DNA from: Candidatus Babeliales bacterium
Lineage (GTDB): Bacteria; Babelota; Babeliae; Babelales; Vermiphilaceae
Reading direction: 5' to 3'
Assembly: GCA_044451405.1 (NCBI GenBank)
Contig: JBIOKB010000027.1
Location: 1 to 11,439 of the forward strand
DNA: 11,439 nucleotides
Below the pieces are notes generated by a model, which ran no database searches, had not been told where the DNA came from, and was given only the letters and a program-made list of their open reading frames with translations. This document shows, piece by piece, positions 7,219 to 11,439 of this stretch. The position numbers were made by a program, and so were the translations under genes. Position 1 is the first letter of the stretch; each line of letters begins with the position of its first letter.

Positions 7219-7560
7219 TTAAAAATCGAGCATCTTTTTGCCCGAGATAAAATGGGCATGCAAATGGAATACACTTTGTCCTGCATCAGGACCATTATTG
7301 ATTAGTAAGCGAAATGCTTGGGACCCTGATAAATGTGAAGCAAGCTGCTTTGCCATCAACATGATATACGATGGAATAAACGCATCGGATTCAGATAATG
7401 ATGTGATATCTTTTATGTGTTTTTTAGGAATAATGAGATAATGAACGGGCGCTTTTGGCGCAATGTCTTGAATAACCAGAATCTGATCTGATTCTGCTAC
7501 TACTTTTGCAGGCACTTCACGTGCGATTATACGACAAAATATACAAGAAGCTTCAGACAT
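7219..7560 (-). CDS. hinT: Histidine triad (HIT) nucleotide-binding protein
   Basis: CIFCRII, DIAPKAPVHYLIIPKKH and AGQSVFHLHAH (HxHxH). Confidence 0.95.
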   Translation of the reverse strand: MSEASCIFCRIIAREVPAKVVAESDQILVIQDIAPKAPVHYLIIPKKHIKDITSLSESDAFIPSYIMLMAKQLASHLSGSQAFRLLINNGPDAGQSVFHLHAHFISGKKMLDF

Positions 7561-7577
7561 AGGTTCCCTCTTAAATG

Positions 7578-7661
7578 TGGCACTGCCCAGTCAGCGAAGA
7601 TTGGCGCTAGCCAGGCGTAGCCTAATCAAACTTCGAAGTTATTCCCTAAGGCGAAGACTGG
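7578..7661 (-). repeat. tRNA-3'-linked structured repeat (full unit plus degenerate second unit)
   Basis: Minus strand CCAGTCTTCGCC-TTAG-GGAATAACTTCGAAGT-TTGAT-TAGGCTACGCCTGGCTAGCGCCA, then ATCTTCGCTGACTGGGCAGTGCCA. Matches 9717-9779. Confidence 0.8.
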
Positions 7662-7735
7662 TGCGCCTAAGAGGAGTCGAACCTCTAACCTTCAGATCCG
7701 TAGTCTGACGCTCTGTCCAGTTGAGCTATAGGCGC
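7659..7735 (-). tRNA. tRNA-Arg(ACG)
   Basis: GCGCCTATAGCTCAACTGGACAGAGCGTCAGACT-ACG-GATCTGAAGGTTAGAGGTTCGACTCCTCTTAGGCGCACCA. 77 nt with encoded CCA. Confidence 0.97.
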
Positions 7736-7789
7736 TTATTTCAAGGTAAAAGGATTTAAAAAGTGTACTGTACACGGTGCGATTTGTCG

Positions 7790-7810
7790 ATTCCCTAGGG
7801 CGAAGACTGG
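7790..7810 (-). repeat. Truncated copy of the tRNA-3'-linked repeat
   Basis: CCAGTCTTCGCCCTAGGGAAT, 20/21 identical to the start of the tRNA-Arg copy. Confidence 0.75.
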
Positions 7811-7899
7811 CGGAGAGAGAGGGATTCGAACCCTCGCGCCCGGTTTACCCAGACTCTTGCTTAGCAGGCAAGCGCTTTAGACCACTCAGCCATCTCTCC
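7808..7899 (-). tRNA. tRNA-Ser(GCT)
   Basis: GGAGAGATGGCTGAGTGGTCTAAAGCG-CTTGCCT-GCT-AAGCAAG, long variable arm, GGTTCGAATCC, ends CTCTCCGCCA. Ser(GCT)-Arg(ACG) order as in the conserved serV-argV arrangement. Confidence 0.97.
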
Positions 7900-8072
7900 A
7901 AACTCGCACAATGTCAAATATTCCAAAAAGGATAAGCAATCTATCATTTTATGCAAGAATATTCTTGTTCCCAAAGGGGTTACCAAGTCCCCAATGTAAG
8001 ATGCTGTATGGGAGATACTAAATACGCTATAGTAAGAAGCTGTACTTGATGCTTAACAAAGGAGGATAAGCT

Positions 8073-8369
8073 ATGTCATTTGCCTTTGAAGTAAAAGTGG
8101 TTCCTAACGCAAAAAAACATAAATGGATGTTGGATAAAGCAGGGCGCTTAGTTTGTTATATAAAGAGTAAAGCAGAAAAAGGTGCTGCAAATAGAGAGTT
8201 ACTTAAAGAAACTGCTGAAATTCTTGGTGTTCCTCAAAGTAAAGTTACCCTTGTTTTAGGCTTTGAAAGCCGCAAGAAGCTTATAAAAATTAGTGATGCA
8301 CAATTGACGTATGAACAATTACTCTCATTGCTGGGCTTAGAACAACAAACATCCCTTGTTAAAAAATGA
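8073..8369 (+). CDS. yggU: DUF167/UPF0235 (YggU) family protein
   Basis: VKVVPNAKK, AEKGAANRELLK and LVLGFESRKK. RBS AGGAGG. Confidence 0.85.
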   Translation: MSFAFEVKVVPNAKKHKWMLDKAGRLVCYIKSKAEKGAANRELLKETAEILGVPQSKVTLVLGFESRKKLIKISDAQLTYEQLLSLLGLEQQTSLVKK

Positions 8370-8384
8370 GATCAGGAAACCATC

Positions 8385-9584
8385 ATGCCCTATTTTAAAT
8401 GGTACGGCGTTGATATCACTGGTACGTATCGCTCCGGATATTGTTTTGCTCCTTCCCAAGAACTTTTAGATTGCTTGCTGATTAAACAGGAAGTTGCCTT
8501 ATTAAAAGCACAACCAGTTTCTATGCCTCGGTTGGGACATGGTATTACAAAGACGTGCATGGTACAGCTATTGTCTCAACTTGCAGTGCTCGTACATTCA
8601 GGTGTTTTTCTTGCCGATGCACTTATTATTGTAGCTGAACAATCATCTAATCCGTATATGCAAGAAATGGTATACGCATTGGCTGAACACATACATAAAG
8701 GCATCTCATTCAGTGATGCTTGCAAATATTATCCACATTACTTTACACCACTTATGATTCACACCATCCAGATTGGCCAAGAAACGGGCGCATTAGCATC
8801 TGCACTAGAACAGGTGTGTGAACACATACTGATGATGGAAAATTTTAATAAAGAACTTAAATCAGCAGCGCTTATGCCCGCTATAACATTTCTCTTTTTT
8901 GTGTGTATAGCAGCAACGATTGTTTTTGGCATTATGCCCCGCTTTATACAAATGCTTTCACTCAAACATACAGATATACCACCAATTACCCGTTTTTTAA
9001 TGCATATTAGTTCCAGTATTTGCATATACCATGTACTCGGCGCTGTGCTGGTAATTGCACTCGGGATACTATGTACTACATGGTATTACCGTTCTACAAA
9101 GGGCAAGTATGTTATTGATAAAAGCATAACGCATATTCCATGTATTGGCCCTCTTACAACTACCATGTGGAGTATTTATTATCTGCGTTCATTAGCATTG
9201 CTTATCAAAACTGGCATGCCGTTGGTTCCTGCTATGCGCATAGCAGCACATACCATTGATAATGCGTATTGGCATCTATCAGCACTACACATGAGTAAAG
9301 AAGTTGAAGCAGGAAAATTGTTAAGTCAGGCTATGGTACAGGAGCAGCGATTGTTTGGCCGCGATATTCAAGCGTTAGTCGCAGTAGGAGAACAATCAAC
9401 ACGGTTAAGTGATCTTCTTACCCATGCTGCAGATAATGCACAAAAGCATGTTAAGCGCCAACTTGCATTCTATGTACAAGTATTTCAACCACTGCTACTT
9501 TTGATCATTGGATTATGTATAGCAGGGCTTATTGCTGCTACGTATATTCCTATTCTTACTATGAGTAGTTCGCTTGGATTCTAA
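8385..9584 (+). CDS. pilC: Type II secretion system F / type IV pilus inner-membrane platform protein
   Basis: 399 aa with two T2SSF repeats: QLAVLVHSGVFLADAL...IQIGQETGAL and LALLIKTGMPLVPA...VAVGEQSTRL. Three TM segments and a PilC-like N-terminus MPYFKWYGVD. Confidence 0.88.
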   Translation: MPYFKWYGVDITGTYRSGYCFAPSQELLDCLLIKQEVALLKAQPVSMPRLGHGITKTCMVQLLSQLAVLVHSGVFLADALIIVAEQSSNPYMQEMVYALAEHIHKGISFSDACKYYPHYFTPLMIHTIQIGQETGALASALEQVCEHILMMENFNKELKSAALMPAITFLFFVCIAATIVFGIMPRFIQMLSLKHTDIPPITRFLMHISSSICIYHVLGAVLVIALGILCTTWYYRSTKGKYVIDKSITHIPCIGPLTTTMWSIYYLRSLALLIKTGMPLVPAMRIAAHTIDNAYWHLSALHMSKEVEAGKLLSQAMVQEQRLFGRDIQALVAVGEQSTRLSDLLTHAADNAQKHVKRQLAFYVQVFQPLLLLIIGLCIAGLIAATYIPILTMSSSLGF

Positions 9585-9589
9585 CTGGA

Positions 9590-9618
9590 TTGACGCTCAG
9601 TGCTCTTTTGGGTACCTT
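9590..9618 (+). promoter_or_regulatory. Putative sigma70 promoter of tRNA-Leu
   Basis: TTGACG (9590-9595), 17 nt spacer, TACCTT (9613-9618), 15 nt upstream of the tRNA. Confidence 0.5.
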
Positions 9619-9633
9619 ATACCTCTATATAAT

Positions 9634-9719
9634 GCCGGGATGGCGAAATGGCAGACGCACGGGACTCAAAATCCCGCGGTAGCAATACTGTGTCGGTTCA
9701 AGTCCGACTCCCGGCACCA
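9634..9719 (+). tRNA. tRNA-Leu(CAA)
   Basis: GCCGGGATGGCGAAATGGCAGACGCA-CGGGACT-CAA-AATCCCG, variable arm, GGTTCAAGTCC, ends TCCCGGCACCA. Confidence 0.97.
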
Positions 9720-9779
9720 GTCTACGCCGTACGCTGGAATAACTTCGAAGTGCCACCTAGGCTACGCCTGGCTTCGCCA
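9717..9779 (+). repeat. tRNA-3'-linked structured repeat (full unit)
   Basis: CCAGTCTACGCC-GTACGCT-GGAATAACTTCGAAGT-GCCACC-TAGGCTACGCCTGGCTTCGCCA. Shares the blocks GGAATAACTTCGAAGT and TAGGCTACGCCTGGCT exactly with the tRNA-Arg copy. Confidence 0.8.
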
Positions 9780-9790
9780 TCTTTTTGCCT

Positions 9791-10213
9791 TTACCAACTC
9801 CCACCATGTACTTCAGGCTCTGGCGTATCCATTTGTTTTATATAGGCAGCTATATAATTGTACTGTTTAATTTCCCATGCATCATCGATCACAACTCCTG
9901 TTGTATTAGGTTTTATTTCAACAGGAAGCGTTGCATAACCTCCTCTTTCTAATCCAACAAATGTGATAACAAACGTATAGCTACCTGGTCCATTGAGTAT
10001 TACTATGTTTTTTACTTGGTTTGGTTCAAGTATGTAATCTGCTTGACCTTTGATAACATATGGCGTAATTACACCCGTATATTCAAGTGTTGCTGTCTGC
10101 ACCTGAAGCCTAATTTTTTTACTCCCATTTTTAACCGAAACTGTTTTTGGCGTCGCATCAAGTACCATCACTATACCCATAAGACTAACTACCATCACGT
10201 ACCGCATCTTCAT
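9791..10213 (-). CDS. Hypothetical exported protein (140 aa, probably beta-rich)
   Basis: RBS AAGGAGGGG. Signal-like MKMRYVMVVSLMGIVMVLDA|TP. No recognisable family. Confidence 0.75.
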   Translation of the reverse strand: MKMRYVMVVSLMGIVMVLDATPKTVSVKNGSKKIRLQVQTATLEYTGVITPYVIKGQADYILEPNQVKNIVILNGPGSYTFVITFVGLERGGYATLPVEIKPNTTGVVIDDAWEIKQYNYIAAYIKQMDTPEPEVHGGSW

Positions 10214-10368
10214 ATTCCCCTCCTTAATACATAATTTTCTTTTACTTCAGCCTAACAACACTCCTCACGCATACGCTACAATCATTCCATAATTCTTACC
10301 TCTTTCTTGCGTTGCCCTATAACACTAATTACACTTAGGTAAAGTTTGATTATTGCTTAGGAATCTTC

Positions 10369-11004
10369 ATGGTTGAATATGGAATTATAGGATCAAAAGG
10401 TTTATTCGTCGGTTTTGTTCTTGCCATGATGTTGGGGCCCATTGGCATCTTTTGTATTCAACAAACACTCCGTAAAGGATTTAAGGCAGGATTTGCTGCG
10501 GGTCTTGGTGCAGCAGTAGCTGATGGCATCTATGGAATGATCGGAGGTTTTGGCCTTACCTACATTTCAGATTTTCTTCTTAATTATCATCTTATATTGC
10601 ATATTATTGGCGGCACATTTTTAGCATTCCTTGGATTTAACACCTTCATGCGCAAAGAATCTCCGGTTAATATTACTGTTGAACGGCCAAATCTTCTGGG
10701 ATTATTTAGCACCACCTTTTTTTTGACCCTTGCTAACCCCATAACCATTTTGGCATTCACTGCATTACTTGCCAGCATTGATATTGAAGTTGATGGATGC
10801 TGCATACCAATGGCAATAATATTATTTACCAGTATCTTTATTGGTTCTACTTTATGGTGGTTTTTCCTCGCAAGTATTATTAGCACCTTCCGTACAAAAC
10901 TATCACTCAACTTTATCCGACAACTTAACATGCTTGCCGGAATTGTAATTCATGTGTTTGGGTTACTCATTGTAGCTAAAGCGCTCTATAAATTGCTGGT
11001 GTAA
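10369..11004 (+). CDS. LysE/RhtB family translocator
   Basis: [49 protein letters not shown] and FIGSTLWW. Confidence 0.93.
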   Translation: MVEYGIIGSKGLFVGFVLAMMLGPIGIFCIQQTLRKGFKAGFAAGLGAAVADGIYGMIGGFGLTYISDFLLNYHLILHIIGGTFLAFLGFNTFMRKESPVNITVERPNLLGLFSTTFFLTLANPITILAFTALLASIDIEVDGCCIPMAIILFTSIFIGSTLWWFFLASIISTFRTKLSLNFIRQLNMLAGIVIHVFGLLIVAKALYKLLV

Positions 11005-11030
11005 ATTCCTTTTTTTCTTCTAAAAAGTAG

Positions 11031-11058
11031 TTGATTTGCTTGCACTTTTGAGTACAAT
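11031..11058 (+). promoter_or_regulatory. Putative sigma70 promoter of tRNA-Ser(TGA)
   Basis: TTGATT (11031-11036), 16 nt spacer, TACAAT (11053-11058). Confidence 0.4.
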
Positions 11059-11075
11059 TTAATCTTATTATTCTC

Positions 11076-11163
11076 GGAGAGGTGGCAGAGTGGCCGAATG
11101 CGGCGGTCTTGAAAACCGTTATCCTGAAAGGGATCGTGGGTTCGAATCCCACCCTCTCCTCCA
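11076..11163 (+). tRNA. tRNA-Ser(TGA)
   Basis: GGAGAGGTGGCAGAGTGGCCGAATGCG-GCGGTCT-TGA-AAACCGT, variable arm, GGTTCGAATCC, ends CCTCTCC-T-CCA. Confidence 0.97.
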
Positions 11164-11197
11164 GTCATTTCCTTCAGAAATGACTGGCAGGCCAGTC
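11161..11197 (+). repeat. Variant tRNA-3'-linked hairpin
   Basis: Perfect 11-bp stem CCAGTCATTTC-CTTCA-GAAATGACTGG that includes the tRNA CCA, followed by CAGG-CCAGTC. Confidence 0.65.
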
Positions 11198-11310
11198 TTT
11201 CTAATCGATTCTATTAACCACAGTTTCATTTCAAATTCCCCTTTTCTTCACACTATTTTTCACGTATCCTAATGCAACTCAACGTATCATGTGTGCATTA
11301 TGGGAGATAG

Positions 11311-11439
11311 ATGGAAATTCCAACTATTACTACACCACGACTTACACTACGCGCCTTGAACATGGAAGATGCACCAGCAGTTTTTGCATACGCATCTGAT
11401 CCTGATGTCACGCTATTTACGCACTGGTCAACACATACA
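11311..11439 (+). CDS. RimJ/RimL-type GNAT N-acetyltransferase, N-terminal part (runs off the window)
   Basis: RBS GGGAGA, then MEIPTITTPRLTLRALNMEDAPAVFAYASDPDVTLFTHWSTHT, matching the classic T-x-RL-x-LR...EDA...SDP-V start. Confidence 0.85.
   Translation, partial: MEIPTITTPRLTLRALNMEDAPAVFAYASDPDVTLFTHWSTHT

Noticed and set aside
7763-7775. GTGTACAGTACAC followed by TTTTT on the minus strand between tRNA-Ser and tRNA-Arg as a terminator
   Set aside because: It is only a 5-bp stem with a 3-nt loop inside a conserved tRNA pair, too weak to call.
7578-9779. tRNA-linked repeats as a CRISPR array or as att sites of an integrated element
   Set aside because: There is no regular repeat-spacer period and no cas or integrase gene. 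The two full copies are inverted relative to each other, each attached to an intact tRNA, and they enclose ordinary genes.
9574-9870. ORFs 9574..9870 and 9648..9845 (likewise 10986..11168 and 11090..11272)
   Set aside because: They run through tRNA genes and are spurious translations.
11153-11163. U73 discriminator in tRNA-Ser(TGA) instead of the usual G73
   Set aside because: Bacterial SerRS relies mainly on the long variable arm, and the rest of the cloverleaf is normal. This is not evidence of recoding or a pseudogene.

Overview
AT-rich bacterial chromosomal window with 15 supportable CDSs (two cut by the window edges) and 4 tRNA genes: Arg-ACG, Ser-GCT, Leu-CAA and Ser-TGA. Recognisable genes encode an EamA/DMT transporter, an M50-like peptidase, a Nudix hydrolase, a HIT protein, DUF167/YggU, a PilC/GspF protein, a LysE translocator and a RimJ/RimL GNAT. 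They are interspersed with many signal-peptide orphans, a style suggesting a protist-associated intracellular bacterium such as Ca. Babelota/Dependentiae (inference only). The standout is a tight three-gene cluster (3195-5651, minus strand). All three proteins start with a Sec-like signal peptide and end in the identical eukaryotic CaaX prenylation box CVIL, preceded by extra cysteines or basic residues. This is a candidate array of effectors that hijack host geranylgeranylation and palmitoylation. Second, all four tRNA genes continue directly from CCA into GTC and a related structured element (TTCGCC...GGCTAC core in the full copies). A covarying copy of this element also sits in a non-tRNA 5' leader at 2068-2111.
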